Shown here: positions 1 to 12,500 of the stretch, piece by piece
How the letters are laid out: each line of letters opens with the position of its first letter
Numbering within the stretch: the stretch's first letter is position 1
From: Thecamonas trahens ATCC 50062
Taxonomy: Eukaryota; Protista; Apusomonadida
Direction of reading: 5' to 3'
NCBI RefSeq assembly: GCF_000142905.1
Contig: NW_013657671.1
Coordinates: forward strand, 248,001-312,000
Length of the DNA stretch: 64,000 nt
Position numbers and translations under genes: made by a program
Notes under the pieces: model-generated
What the model was told of the DNA's origin: nothing
The model's database searches: none
What the model saw: the letters and a program-made list of their open reading frames with translations, nothing else

Positions 1-92
1 TTGGCGAGTGCTCACAGAGGGTAACGGCGACGGCTTGGCGCGCTGGGACGGGGGGGGGGGTTTGGGGGGTTGACGAGGGGCAGATCAATCAG

Positions 93-782
93 ATGCGGCC
101 GATCGAGCCTGTGGAAGAAGTGGAGGAGCGGAAGCGGATTGCATCGCATTCGTACGGCGAGGCGCTGGAGAAGGAGCGGCTGCGCGGGAGGCGGCGTGGG
201 TTTGGTGGCCCCGCGCCGGTGCTGGGTGACGAGTATCTGGCGTCGGCGCCTCCGTCGGCGCCGGCGTATCTGGCTCCAGAGCAGCAGTTCCGGACCGACG
301 TAGCGGCAGAGCTTGCTGCAGAGCAGGCGGCAAAGCGTGCGGCGGACGATGCGCTGCTGCAGACGAAGCGCGCGGCCCGGGCGCGGCGCGAGGCGGCGAT
401 CCGCGGTGGGGCGGCGGCTCGCGAAGGCGTCGGCGCGGTCGAGTCGGTCGGCTCGGTGCTGTCGGACTGGGGTGCGCCGCCAGCATCAGGAAGTGCGCGA
501 GACGCATCCGGCGGGGTGTCATCGACGGTGCGGTCGAACCACAACGCTCCGGGGATGGCGTACGACATTGTAAGCGAGCGGTACCTGGCGTCGGCCGAGG
601 GCGATAAGCTGCGTGCTCAAGACGAGGACGCGCGGCGACGTTGGGCGAGCCGGGCCCAGGCGCTCGCTGACCGTGATTCGCGCTCGGGCTACAACCCGAT
701 CACCGGCGCGGCAGTCCAGCCGGTCCGACCGCTGCCGCCGTTCGAGTCAACGGCCCGTGGCGACAGATACACGGGCCAGTAG
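93..782 (+). CDS. Hypothetical protein, charged coiled-coil with YDIVS...GYNPITG motifs
   Basis: 229-aa ATG ORF with coding-like composition. The motifs resemble repeats seen in protist cytoskeletal/ciliary proteins (inference). It may have an upstream exon. Confidence 0.55.
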   Translation: MRPIEPVEEVEERKRIASHSYGEALEKERLRGRRRGFGGPAPVLGDEYLASAPPSAPAYLAPEQQFRTDVAAELAAEQAAKRAADDALLQTKRAARARREAAIRGGAAAREGVGAVESVGSVLSDWGAPPASGSARDASGGVSSTVRSNHNAPGMAYDIVSERYLASAEGDKLRAQDEDARRRWASRAQALADRDSRSGYNPITGAAVQPVRPLPPFESTARGDRYTGQ

Positions 783-1223
783 AACTTGCGCTTGTGGCTG
801 GTGTAGGCGATGATTGTCGAAAGGGTAAACCTCACGGCGACAAAGACGAGCGTCTCATTGCACTTGCCGAGTGCAGCCTGCAGCATGTCGTGGTGCCAGA
901 GGTAGGCCATGGCATCGCACCTCTACACCCACCTGATCATCAGCTCGAGGAGGCCGGCAGCGGCGCCGAGGTAGACGAGCAGTGCGTCCATGCCGATCCA
1001 GACGAGCGGAGGTGAGGCGGTGGCAATATAAACTGCCTGCCGACAACATCGACGAAGATGTAGACGGTGGCCAGGCTGGCAGTATCCAACCTGCCTTGCC
1101 AAGGGAGGCGAGGCCACAGGCGAAACTCGGTCGGTTTCCACACAGGATTCTTTCCATTGGAGGCAAAGACCGGGGCCTGCGGTCGAGTCGGACTCACCGC
1201 ACTCTGTGATACACAACGACGGG

Positions 1224-1954
1224 ATGAACGACGACGACAATGACCTCCATCTTATTTCGCAGGAGCTGCTGGCGCGGTTGGCGTTTGGTCTGGATGTCGA
1301 GACGGCACGAGAGGTTGTGCGGGCGGTGGCTGGGGAGGAGCCACGGGCTGGCATGGAGGCCTCGCCGGTGGTGCGGATCGGCGACTCGCTGACCTTGCTA
1401 CATCTGGCAGTGCAGGCACCGTCGCTTGAGGTGGTCGAGTTCCTGCTGAGCATCGGTCACCCGACGGAGGTGCGCACGGTTGTGGGCGAGACGCCGCTAG
1501 ATCAGGCGGCGTGGCTGGGGCTGGCCAATGTGGCCGGTGCCCTACTCGCCGGCGGAGCGAACCCAAACTGCGCCACCGATCTTGGCTACACACCGCTGCA
1601 TCGGTGTGCGTACTACGGCCATCCGCAGCTGGCGGCGAAGCTGCTGCTCATGGGCGCGAACAAGGACCTTGTGGACTCGAACGGCGACAAGCCGTACGAC
1701 TGTGCGGTCGCCCAGGGCCATGACAGCATCGCTAGCATGCTACAGCCCAACATGGTTAACGGTGTGGAACTCTGGGATGCCGTGTACGTCCGTAACAGCC
1801 CCCACGCCGCCGATGCCCGGCCCGAGCTCTTGAGGCGTTCCGTGCGCTTGAGACGATGGAGCGGCGGCTGGCAGGCACGGATGCGCCCGGCTCTGCCGAG
1901 GGCGGCGACAGCTTCGGCAGCGACGCCGCCGACCTTGATCCACTCGACGAATAA
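1224..1954 (+). CDS. Ankyrin-repeat protein (apparent 1-nt frameshift near 1826)
   Basis: Ankyrin repeats TLLHLAV, GETPLDQAA, GYTPLHRCA, GDKPYDCA. A natural C-terminus LEAFRALETMERR...DPLDE* (TAA 1952-1954) lies in the -1 frame. The 689-aa ORF call runs on through a TG microsatellite and the antisense strand of the next gene. Confidence 0.8.
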
Positions 1955-1966
1955 AGGTGGAGCATC

Positions 1967-1970
<4 letters not shown>

Positions 1971-1999
<29 letters not shown>
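1971..1999. repeat. (TG)n microsatellite
   Basis: About 14 TG units seen directly between two convergent stop codons. Confidence 0.95.
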
Positions 2000-2002
<3 letters not shown>

Positions 2003-2006
2003 CGAG

Positions 2007-3686
2007 TCAGAGCGCCTTGACGACGTCGGCGTAGGCCGGGAGGTTGTCCGAGACCGCCAGGAGGGTGGGCTTGGCGGCAAAGGCGTCCTTGAAGACAGCG
2101 GCGACGGCCGAGGCGTCGACGGCGTCGATGGCCTTGACAACGTCGGCCGGGGCAAGGACAGAGCCGGAAGCGGTGATGGCGTCACCGAGGAAGGCCAGGG
2201 CAGTCTGGTTGGACTCGAGAGACATGAGGAAGGCGGCCTTGGCACGCGACTTGGCGGCCTTGAGGGCGTCAGCGTCGGGCTTGGCGGCGGCCTTGAGGGC
2301 GGCGACGGCCGGGGCGACGTCCTCGCCGTCAAAGAAGGCACCGAGGAGCGAGACCTCATTGTTGACGTAGAAAGGGGCGGTCTCGCCGACAAGCTCGGCA
2401 GCGACCATCGAGGCAAAGGCAGCCGGCGAGGCGCGGCCCGGCACCGGGAAAGCGACAACGCCGTGGGCGTGGCCCGAGCCGTTGAGCGGCGCCACAAACT
2501 CGCCACCGGTGTACGGGGCCGAGACGGCAGCGACGGCGGCGGTGGCCTCGTTGGCGGCCAGGCCACCGAGAACGGGCTCAGCCATGGCGGCGAGCGCGTC
2601 GGCGTCCATGCCGACGCCGGTCACAACAACGTTGGCCGGAGTCACGGCAGCCGCCGCAAAGTCGGCGATGGCCTCGGGCGAGAGCGAGGCCTTGGCGGCG
2701 TCGGTAAAGGCGAGCGGCGCGCCGAGACCGCGGTAGCGGAAGGCCGTGCCAAACAGAGCATCAGCCGCAGCCTGCTCGGGCTCGACCGGCGACGCAGCCA
2801 GCGTCTCCAGGGCGTCCGCCACATCGTGGGCGTCAAAGGTGCAGTTGACAAGTCCGTCGGCCATGAGGGCCAGCGCATTGCCGGCCTTGTCGTCCACAAC
2901 GTGGGCGTGGATGGCCAGCGCGTCACGCGTCAGCCGCGACGAGACCGACGCGCCCGTCGCCTCGAGCTTGCGGACCTGCAGCACGTTCGACCGCTTGGCC
3001 GTGCCCGAGAAGACCGCCGACGCCAGGAGCGCCGCCGAGCCCACAGGCGCGTTCGCCGCCGAGCCCACGCCCACCACAAGGCCGACCGAGGCCAGCGGGC
3101 CGTCGCGCGGGAGGGCCACAATCTTGACCCCGTTGTCAAGAGTCGTGGTCTGCACAGCCGACGCCTTGGCCCCAGCACTGGCAGCAGCCGCAGTCTTCTA
3201 CTCTCCGTCATCATCCCATCCATCCATCACCCCATCCCCATGATCAGTCCCCACCCTCCGGCTCCAGCTAGCTAGCCTCTCACCACCGCACCTCTGTTCC
3301 GCCGCTGGCAATGGCCCAATTTTTTGCACCGCCCCCCACCGCCACCGCCCACGCCACGCCTCACGCCCTACCACCGCCACAGCATGCCTGACCAAGCCCC
3401 CACCCCCACCCATAGCCAACCTGCATGTCTATACATAGGCCTGTCTCCCTTCTTCCCTCTCCACTGCACCCTAACACACCCTCCCAACACCTCCTCCACC
3501 AGTCCACCCACCGTCCTTCGGGGATGCCGCGCCACCCCCTCCCACCCCCTTCCCCCCTCCCCCCCCCCCTCCCCCCCTTTCCCCCCTCCACTGTCCTCAC
3601 CAAGCACGTACAGTAGTGGTGGTGGTTGCCGTCGCAAGCGTCCGAAGGAGGCCGGTGCTCCGAAGCAGCGAAGTCCGTCCAAGCAT
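2007..3686 (-). CDS. UQCRC2: Mitochondrial cytochrome bc1 core protein 2 / MPP-alpha-like (peptidase M16 family, inactive); exons 3686-3612 and 3197-2007
   Basis: Exon 1 encodes a presequence MLGRTSLLRSTGLLRTLATATTTTT followed by a GTACGT donor. A TAG acceptor at 3200-3198 joins in frame. M16 motifs TTLDNGVKIV, GSA, YTGGE are present and HxxEH is absent. Confidence 0.8.
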
Positions 3687-4308
3687 GGTGACGCAGAGAG
3701 GGGTGTGGCTAGACGGACCACAGAACGAGAGGCATTTGGCTGAGGCAGCGATGGCTGCTGCAGCCAACAAGGGGCCGTGTCAGACAGCGGCAGGGGGGGG
3801 TGGGGGGGGCGGTGGATCGGGGCCGGTCGGGTCGAAGGGACGNNNNNNNNNNNNNNNNNNNNNNNNNNNNNNNNNNNNNNNNNNNNNNNNNNNNNNNNNN
3901 NNNNNNNNNNNNNNNNNNNNNNNNNNNNNNNNNNNNNNNNNNNNNNNNNNNNNNNNNNNNNNNNNNNNNNNNNNNNNNNNNNNNNNNNNNNNNNNNNNNN
4001 NNNNNNNNNNNNNNNNNNNNNNNNNNNNNNNNNNNNNNNNNNNNNNNNNNNNNNNNNNNNNNNNNNNNNNNNNNNNNNNNNNNNNNNNNNNNNNNNNNNN
4101 NNNNNNNNNNNNNNNNNNNNNNNNNNNNNNNNNNNNNNNNNNNNNNNNNNNNNNNNNNNNNNNNNNNNNNNNNNNNNNNNNNNNNNNNNNNNNNNNNNNN
4201 NNNNNNNNNNNNNNNNNNNNNNNNNNNNNNNNNNNNNNNNNNNNNNNNNNNNNNNNNNNNNNNNNNNNNNNNNNNNNNNNNNNNNNNNNNNNNNNNNNNN
4301 NNNNNNNC

Positions 4309-5624
4309 CCAGCTGAGCTGCTGGTTGAGAATAAGGCAAGATGCTCGGGGCAGACGAACGTAGCGGACGCTGGCGTCGACGTGCACGCAACCTGGCGTGG
4401 CTTGTGCGCGACAACATGGTGTGGCGAGCAAAGTACATCGAAACACTTGGCGATGTGCCACCGATGAGCCGGAGACGGCTCATCGCCGACAGCCCGTCCC
4501 ACTCTTGGGCGGATGAGCTCCGCTGGCGGATCGCGACTCAGCAGACGGTGACCTGCAACTTTAACAAGGCGCCAAGCCTCGACGACGCGCTCGCCTACCT
4601 ACAGTCGCTGGCGCTGTTTGATTGCATGGAAAAGGACGATGAGGTTGGTGTCGACACCAAGGTCTTTGACTTTGTCTTTTACACACCGGGCATTTCCAAG
4701 CGTCGTATCGGCGAGCTCCTTGGCTCTGCAACGTACGCGGCTGCGCGCGATTGGTACGTGATGGCGCGGATGCCAGCGCTTGTCGGGCTCGACTTTGCCG
4801 ACGCGCTGCGCGATTTCTTGCACCCTCTGTGGATGCCTGGTGAGGCCCAGGCCATTGATCGAATCATGCATACCTTTGCCAAGGCGTACTGCAGCGCCAA
4901 CCCGGAAGTCACGGCCTCGTCAGCTCAGGACGTCGTCATCGACGACAACGGCTTTACCAATCTGCTCACAGTCGACGCAGCGTACGTTCTCTCGTTCGCC
5001 GCCGTCATGCTCAACACCGATGCCCACTCATCGCACACCATCTCGGGCTTTACCCGGTCCTCGTTTGTGCAAAACTGCTCCGGGCTCGGCGTGCCGCGCG
5101 CATTGGTCGAGCACGTGTGGGAGTCGGTCACCTCCAACCCGATCCTTCACGACTCGGACAATGTGCTCTCGCCGCCTCTGGCCACCAGTGCAGCGCACAT
5201 CCACACCGGCGGCATGCTCTTTCCCTGGCGATCTCGCTTCCTCATGCTCACCTGCAACAAGCTGCTGATATTCCACAGCGAGGAGAGCCAAGATCGCGCG
5301 CTTGCCAAGTACCCGCACCAGGCGCTCCAAGTCGTCCGCCTCGGCGAGCGTGACATCACCATCGAACCACATCCTGTTGCCGGCTACGCCACCCTCGATG
5401 GCTGGGTCACCAGAACTGGCCTCTTTGCGCGCTCGGATCTCCTCTCCCGATCAACTGAGACTATTGTCCGCATTCGGCTCCCTACGTCCGACCTCGCCGA
5501 CAAGTGGGAGCTCCTCATCAATCGTGCCCTCAACACAGCTGTAGTGGAGGACGTATGCGAGCTTGATCCCGCGCGAGACGTTACCGAGGCCGTCCATAAC
5601 CATAACCTCATCACCAGCGAGTGA
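4309..5624 (+). CDS. F-box / Sec7 (Arf-GEF) / PH-domain protein, FBXO8- or cytohesin-like; 5' end in gap (possible first exon from ATG 3751)
   Basis: Sec7 motifs MPGEAQAIDRIMHTFA (Glu finger) and AYVLSFAAVMLNTDAH. C-terminal PH-like WRSRFLMLTCNKLLIF...ADKWELLI. An F-box-like segment can be read next to the gap. Confidence 0.8.
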
Positions 5625-5789
5625 CGAACAGCGCTTGCCCCGGCGCCAGCATCATACGCCCCCGCCAATCAAACACGTTTCCATCGCACCTTCTTTCCCC
5701 TCTCCCCTGCCATCGCCCCCCATCGCCCATCGCCCATCGCACGTCGCCGGTCACCGGTCACCACTCGCCAGCCACCACTCGTCTGAACC

Positions 5790-7726
5790 ATGGCCGAGAC
5801 TCTCCAGGTCCAGCTGGTCTCGCGGTGCCGCGAGCCGGCCCACAGCAAGGTCCCCTCCTCGCTCTTCTCCGTCCCCATCTCCTCCACCCGTTACGCCCTC
5901 TCTGAGCTTGTCAATGTGCTCCTCTCGCTCGGTACGTCCTCCCCTATGCCCCCCCCTCCCCTGCCCCTGTCCCAATCCATCCATCCNNNNNNNNNNNNNN
6001 NNNNNNNNNNNNNNNNNNNNNNNNNNNNNNNNNNNNNNNNNNNNNNNNNNNNNNNNNNNNNNNNNNNNNNNNNNNNNNNNNNNNNNNNNNNNNNNNNNNN
6101 NNNNNNNNNNNNNNNNNNNNNNNNNNNNNNNNNNNNNNNNNNNNNNNNNNNNNNNNNNNNNNNNNNNNNNNNNNNNNNNNNNNNNNNNNNNNNNNNNNNN
6201 NNNNNNNNNNNNNNNNNNNNNNNNNNNNNNNNNNNNNNNNNNNNNNNNNNNNNNNNNNNNNNNNNNNNNNNNNNNNNNNNNNNNNNNNNNNNNNNNNNNN
6301 NNNNNNNNNNNNNNNNNNNNNNNNNNNNNNNNNNNNNNNNNNNNNNNNNNNNNNNNNNNNNNNNNNNNNNNNNNNNNNNNNNNNTCTCCTCCCCCCCACC
6401 CCCACGTATGCAGAGCCTGCGGTGCCGTTCGACTTTATGATTGATGGAACTTTCCTCCGCACCACGCTGGAGGGGTACGTGCTCGAGTCCAAGGGTACAC
6501 TCTCGGCAGAGACCGTGCTGGTCATCGAGTACACCGAGGCGCTCGCCCGGCCCCAGCCCGACGTGCTTGAGAACCAGGACGATTGGATCGCAGACCTCGC
6601 CATCGGCGCCACCAAGTTCCTGCCCAAGGCCTTCCAGGTCAAGGGAAAGGGAGGCCGGAAGGCCCGCGCCAACAATGCTCTGCCGTTCCTTGCCTCGGCC
6701 TCGTACGACGGCCTTGTCCGCATCCGCCCGCTTCGCGAGGACGGCGCGTACGCCTCGGACGCCGCGCCGCTGATCGCGGCCGGCCACAAGGCTGCCGTCA
6801 AGGCAGTCGCCGTCTCGGGCTCCACCCTTGTCTCTGCCGGTCGCGATCATGGCGTCGCCCTGTATGAGCTTGACCCGACCAAGCCGCACGCCCGATCGAC
6901 GTCCAAGGGCGTCGTCCTGCCGTCGGCTACCGGCGCCCACGACGACACCGTCGAGTCGGTCGCCTTCCACCCGCTGGGCATGACCTTTATCACCGGCGCC
7001 TGGGACGGCAAGGTCCAGGTCTACAACGCGTCTATCGCCGCCGCCGTCGAGGCCGCCGCCTCGTCCGCCACCGCAGGCGGCGACGACGACGACGGCCGCC
7101 CCGCCAAGCGCGCAAAGTCCGGCAAGGCCGCCGCCAGCCTCGCAGACCCTGCTCCACTCTCGCCGCTCATCACTCTCGAGGGCCACACCGGCGCGGTGAC
7201 CACTGCTCTGTTCGAGAACTTTGGCGACGGAACCAACGCGCTGTCGGCGTCGTGGGACCACTCGCTGCGCGTGTGGGACGTGCCGTCGGGCGCCAACGCA
7301 ACCATCATCGCCACAGAGACCGCCGTCCTCGACATCGGCCTTTGCTCAGCGCCGTCGTCGTCGGCCACCCTCACCGCCCACGCCGGGCCCGTTGTTCGGC
7401 TCTGGGACTTCCGCACCCAGGACCCGGCGTCCGCCAAGTTCAAGGGCCACGGCGGCTTTGTTCCGGCCGTGGCGTGGATGCCCGGCTCCGCCGTCCACTT
7501 TGCCACTGCCGCCCACGATGGAAAGGTCCGCGTCTGGGACATCCGCTCGCCTTCCATCCCGCTCTACTCGGTCGCCGTCCACTCGGACAAGGTCTTTTCA
7601 CTCGCCTGGCTCTCCGAGACTGTCATCCTCACAGGCTCGGCCGACTGCACGGTCAGCCGCGTGGTCCTGGGCGATGGCCTTTCGGTCCAGCCCATGGCTG
7701 TCGCCAGCAACATCGACTCCGAGTAA
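5790..7726 (+). CDS. WDR12: Ribosome biogenesis protein WDR12/YTM1 (NLE/UBL + WD40); exons 5790-5931 and 6414-7726
   Basis: NLE motifs RYALSELVN, PFDFMIDGTFLRTTL, ETVLVIEY. WD repeats GH...SASWDHSLRVWD. GTACGT donor at 5932 and CAG acceptor at 6413 are in phase. Confidence 0.9.
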
Positions 7727-7739
7727 TTGTAAAGCTTGC

Positions 7740-8898
7740 TTACTCTCGCCCCCGCAGCGCAGCCATCCCCTCCTCATTCCCGCAGTGCTCCGCCCATCCA
7801 AGCGCAGTCGCCCCAAACCCGCCGTCCTTGATCGTCGCGTCCGCCCCGGCTGCCAGCAGCACTTGCAGGCACTTGACAGCGCCAAACTGCCCTGCAAGAT
7901 GGAGTGCCGTCGCCTGCTGGCCATGCTCACGCCCACCAAAGTCGTGCACACGATCCACGTCTGCCCCGGCAGCGATGAGCCACTCGGCCGCAGCCGCGTT
8001 GTCGGCGTATACTGCCCACAGTAGCGGCGTGCCGCGATACACGGTAGCATCAACATCCGCGTCATGCACCTTCACCAACTCCGCCATCGCCTTCACCTGC
8101 CCGTTCCGCGCCGCCCATGCCAAGGCCTCACCCACGAGCTCCGCAGCCTCGTACGTTCGCGCCCACTCTGGGAACGCCTCGATCGGCCGGTAAAACCCGC
8201 ACCGCGCCCGCGCCACCGCACGCCCCACATCGTAGCTTTCCACGTCACGGCCGAGTCCAGCAGCCTCGCGCAGCGAAAGCTCGTCGTCGCTCATACTGGC
8301 AGCCAGGAGCTCTGCCGTCTCGGTCGCAGCGTAGAACAGCGCGAACGTCAACGGCGTCCCGCCGGGTTCCCCCATCAACCCGCCTTCCATCGTCGCACCG
8401 GCATCCATCAGCATCTGCACCAGTTGTGATGCCTGCCCCACGGCCGCCAGATGCAGCGGCGTGTGCTTGCCCTCCGTGCGAGCCGCCGGTGCCGTTGCGG
8501 CCTCGGCATGGGCTGCCAGCGCCTCGGCCACCTCCTGGATCTCATCTGGACTCGCGGTGTGCGGCGGAATGGCACCCGACTGGGTCGCAGCCTCTACCGC
8601 CAGCAGCACGCAACACTTGGCCAGCGCCTTGCTCATCACCGGCTCTTCTGCCATCGCCTGTGCGTCCTTTGCAAGCATCCCGACTCGGACGCTCTCCGTT
8701 GATGTGGCCGTAATGACGCCGTCGGCGTCGACTGTCACCGTCAACAGCTCCTACACAGCGTGGCGGACGTGATGTGTGAGTGTGCGTAGGCACGAGGCAG
8801 GACAGAGGTAGAAGACACGCTGGTGGTCCCCGTACCTGGTCATTGTCCACCGGGCAGGTGATGGTGGTGGTCTTGCTTGCTTCCGCTGCGTCGCACAT
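7740..8898 (-). CDS. Ankyrin-repeat protein; exons 8898-8836 and 8750-7740
   Basis: Ankyrin repeats HTPLHLAA, GTPLTFAL, GTPLLWAV, TALHLAG, ATALGWA. Phase-0 GTACGG...TAG intron. Confidence 0.8.
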
Positions 8899-9050
8899 GT
8901 GGGTGACAGGCAAGTGTTGGCAGGAAGCCGGAGCAACCGAGGGACGATCTCCGAGGGCAGATCTGTTTTTACCGACAACAACGGCACAGCAAAAGCAGCC
9001 ATCCCCCGCCTCCCTCCTCTACCCAACCTTCCTCATCACACTTGTCAGAT

Positions 9051-9560
9051 ATGAAGAACAACTCGAATCCTCGCACCGTCGCGGCGGATGCACTCGCTGC
9101 TGATGCGGCTGACGGTGTCGCTGGCTGTAGCGACGCGTGCACCGCCGAGCCTAGCCTTGCCGATGTCAAGGAGTTTGTCAAGAACTTGCTAGAGAAGAAG
9201 GTCAGTCTTGAGATTACCATCCAGGAAGCCATGCGGTTTAGCAACAAGTACGGTCAGAACCTTGTCACCAGCATCGTCCGCAGTTGGTTCCGCACCTCGT
9301 GTCGGCACAGATGCCTGTCCTGTCCCAACGAGTTCGACAAGAAGCGCGATCTCGTTGCACACGTCAGGGAGAGCAAGCACCATAAAGGCGTCAAGCAACG
9401 GATCAAGGCCGAAAAGAAGGCGAACATGGCCGAGTTCCACAAGCGGGTCGACGGCAAGACGCCGTGCGAGTACTCGGACGCCGAGCTCGCCACGCTGGTC
9501 AACATCCTCCTCCCCACGGCTTTCCTGGAGGAGCTGTTCCGGCGATCCAGGGCGGTGTAA
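9051..9560 (+). CDS. Small protein with one C2H2-type zinc finger
   Basis: CLSCPNEFDKKRDLVAHVRESKH fits C-x2-C-x3-F-x5-L-x2-H-x5-H. Confidence 0.65.
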   Translation: MKNNSNPRTVAADALAADAADGVAGCSDACTAEPSLADVKEFVKNLLEKKVSLEITIQEAMRFSNKYGQNLVTSIVRSWFRTSCRHRCLSCPNEFDKKRDLVAHVRESKHHKGVKQRIKAEKKANMAEFHKRVDGKTPCEYSDAELATLVNILLPTAFLEELFRRSRAV

Positions 9561-9569
9561 CCGGCTGCT

Positions 9570-12500
9570 TCACGCACGTCCAAAGCCGACGGGCTGGTCC
9601 AGAAACTGGTTCAGCTTGGACGCTGTCTCCTCGGCGGATGCGTACGACCGCGGCAGACGGATCTTGTTGGTGCAGACCGAGGCTGTCGGGAGGGCGCCGT
9701 TGGACGCGTTAAACGCCACGCAGACAGCCATGGGCGGGTTGAGATTGGCAAGACCTCCTGCCGGAGGAAGCACGCACCCAGTGACCGCAAGCAACAGCTG
9801 CAGTCGCCGTTCGGCAGAGAGCTGCACCACGGCGTCCCAAAACCATGTCCAGTGCGGATCGCCGATGTCGTCGACACTAGCGGCCTGCCACTCGGCAACG
9901 TCCAGTTCCACCTGTCCGTAGAGGGTATGCGCCAGCGCGCGCTCGTCGCTCCCAAATGCTGCACGGAGCGCCCTTGACGGGACTGCGGTATGGACGCCAC
10001 GCGCAAACGCCGCCAGGTGCTCTTCGATGCCTGCGGTCAAGTACGTTGTCGCAAAAGCGTCCATGTACTCGTCGTAGTTGGTCGAGTTGACTACCTCTTC
10101 TGGATCGCACAGCTCGCCCGTTGGCTTGCGGAGCGGGACCACAACGAGTTCCCCACTTTCGCGTGCATGGTACTCAAACACAAAGCGAAGCTCAATGTCC
10201 AGCTCTTTGGCCGCAGTGTCAACTTGCGCCTTGAACGCCCGTTTGGCGGCGTACAAGTCTGGGTCGATCACAGCCAAGTCGGCCGCCACAATCGGTTGCC
10301 GAAGCATGGCCCTTGTCAGCGCCGGCGAAATCTCGTAGCCGAGCGAGATCCGGGCCGCCAGGAGGCGGACGAGCATGCGGCCGGCAATGTCGGCTTCATA
10401 TGTCTCGATCTGGTTCGAGAGGGAGTAGACTACCGCATCAGCGTCGCCGGATCGGATGGCAGGCACTAAAATGACTGGCTCGATGGGCGCAATTGATGGG
10501 TGACTGGCCACGCCAATCAGTGCCTTGCCAAACAGCGAGAGCCACTCTTTGGTCAGGCCGCCATCGTCCGAGCCGGCCTCGACGACGCCGGCAGAGATAA
10601 AGGTGACTCGGGTGTTCATCAGCGCATCCGCCGGATCGGCGGCCACGTTGGCCAACAGCGTGTCGCGCACAAAGTTCTCGCGCCGGATCGTGATCCGCAG
10701 CGTGCCTGGTGGTGTCTGCTGGCGCAGTCGCATGTGCAGCTCGTGCAGCCGAAGCCACGAGCTCGGCACAAAGGTGGCGATGTGAAAGATGACGAGCAGT
10801 AGCACGACGGCATAGATGGCGGCTGCAGTAAAGTGGGCGGCCACGAAAAGAGGCCCTCGCATCGGCGCGGTTGAAATCCAGGCCACAGAGCCAAGAACTA
10901 TGTGCTCGAGCACCAGGCCCAGGCCCAGGCCCAGAACAGGGTCGTGCGGCGCCTCCCATCCGTAGTACGCGGTGAGCGATGACGGGCCCGGCAGCACATA
11001 CGCCAACACTGTCGAGATGGCTGTCGAGCCGCCGATGGCCACAGGCAGCGCCCACATCACCGCGGCTGAGGCTCCAGTCTGCGACAGCCAGTAGTACGCC
11101 GCACCCGAGAGCAGTGTGTACATCACGCCCAGGATGCATGCCAGACCAAACGTCTCGTCATACCGCGGGCCAAGCTGCTCCAGTGCATTGCCCAGCTCGG
11201 CGAAAGGCGACCACCACGCCCGTGGAAGCGCCTCGAGCAGCGGCGCCAGCGACTGAAGTGATGTCCACAACGTCGTCGTCCCCAGTCCAAGAGCAACCAC
11301 TGCCGGCAGGCCCAGGCCGATGGCAGCGCGGTCAAGCCGCCCCAGCATAGTCCAAAACGCCAGAGCAAGGCCCGCACTCACAGCGCCAGCCGCGAACACG
11401 CGGAGTCGGCGGAGCAAAAGGCAGGAAGCTGCGCCGAAAAGGAGCCCAAGGCCAGCCGCGGGCCCACGGGCTTCAGCCGGCATCGAGCTCAGCAGCGTGC
11501 CCACAGCCGCACCGACCATGATGCCGCGATCAAGAGAGGAAATACGAAGAACGCGCTCGACAATGTCTACCCCAATGACTGTTGGCAGCGGAAGCGCAGC
11601 CCGGCCGCGGTAGACCAGTGAGAGCACGCAAAGCAGCCGCGCGGCGACCGGTCTAGCGTGCCGACGCGGGACAAGGACGCAGCAAAAGGTCCAAAACGAG
11701 GCCAGCAGCGGCCTGGCAACCACTCTGCCAACAGTGGGCGCTGCATCACTATATGCGCCAAGCGAAAAAGCAAAGAGCGCAGCGACTGCGCCGGGCGAGG
11801 CCCGCACGGCTCGCCCGAGCCACGACGCCCAGCCAAAGCCAAGCGTACCAAAGACAATCAAGTTGCCCACAAGCGCCAGCAGGCGATAAACCACCGAGGC
11901 GAGCGGCGCCACAGTGGCAGCCGCTTCAAGCCCCTGCCAGGCAACCAGCGCACCAACGACAGCGAGGACGCGCCGTGGCGAGAGGGTGCCAAGCCACATG
12001 TTCGGGGCGACGAGCGCGCCGGCCCAGGCGAGCAACCAGGCTACAAGCGCAACCGGAAGCATCAACTCGCTCGCCGCCGACAGCCGAATAGTATGCTGCG
12101 CGATGGCCAGGTTGCCGCTGGGAGCGATAGCATCGAGGGCAAGAGCGAGGTGAGTGGGCGCGGAGCACGAGACGTCAATCGAGAACGGCTGCGGCGCCGC
12201 CATGCCACGGGTGAGCGGGATAGCAAGCGCGGTGGCTGTTGCCGAGTCCAGCACGTGTCTCCGAAGCAGAGCGTCAGCGGCGTGTGCTCCGCGATGCACG
12301 GCTGCAGCGCCGGCCAGGTCGCGCGGCGAGGCATGGAAGAGGAAGGCGCTGATGGCATCGAGATTAGTACCGAGCGATGAAGCGAGCGAGCTCGTGGCAT
12401 GGACAGCGCCAGATCGGACAGCGCGAAGCATGTCGGTGACAAGATTGAGACCGGCGCCGTGGAGCGCGTAGACCAGAGCCGTTTTGGCCGCTTGCCAGAC

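Noticed and set aside
783-1200. Hydrophobic peptide fragments in three minus-strand frames (possible small membrane protein or pseudogene)
   Set aside because: No consistent splice or frame model and no recognisable family.
1206-3275. 689-aa ORF as an ankyrin fusion protein
   Set aside because: Beyond ~1830 it is an out-of-frame read-through across a TG microsatellite and the antisense strand of the QCR2-like gene.
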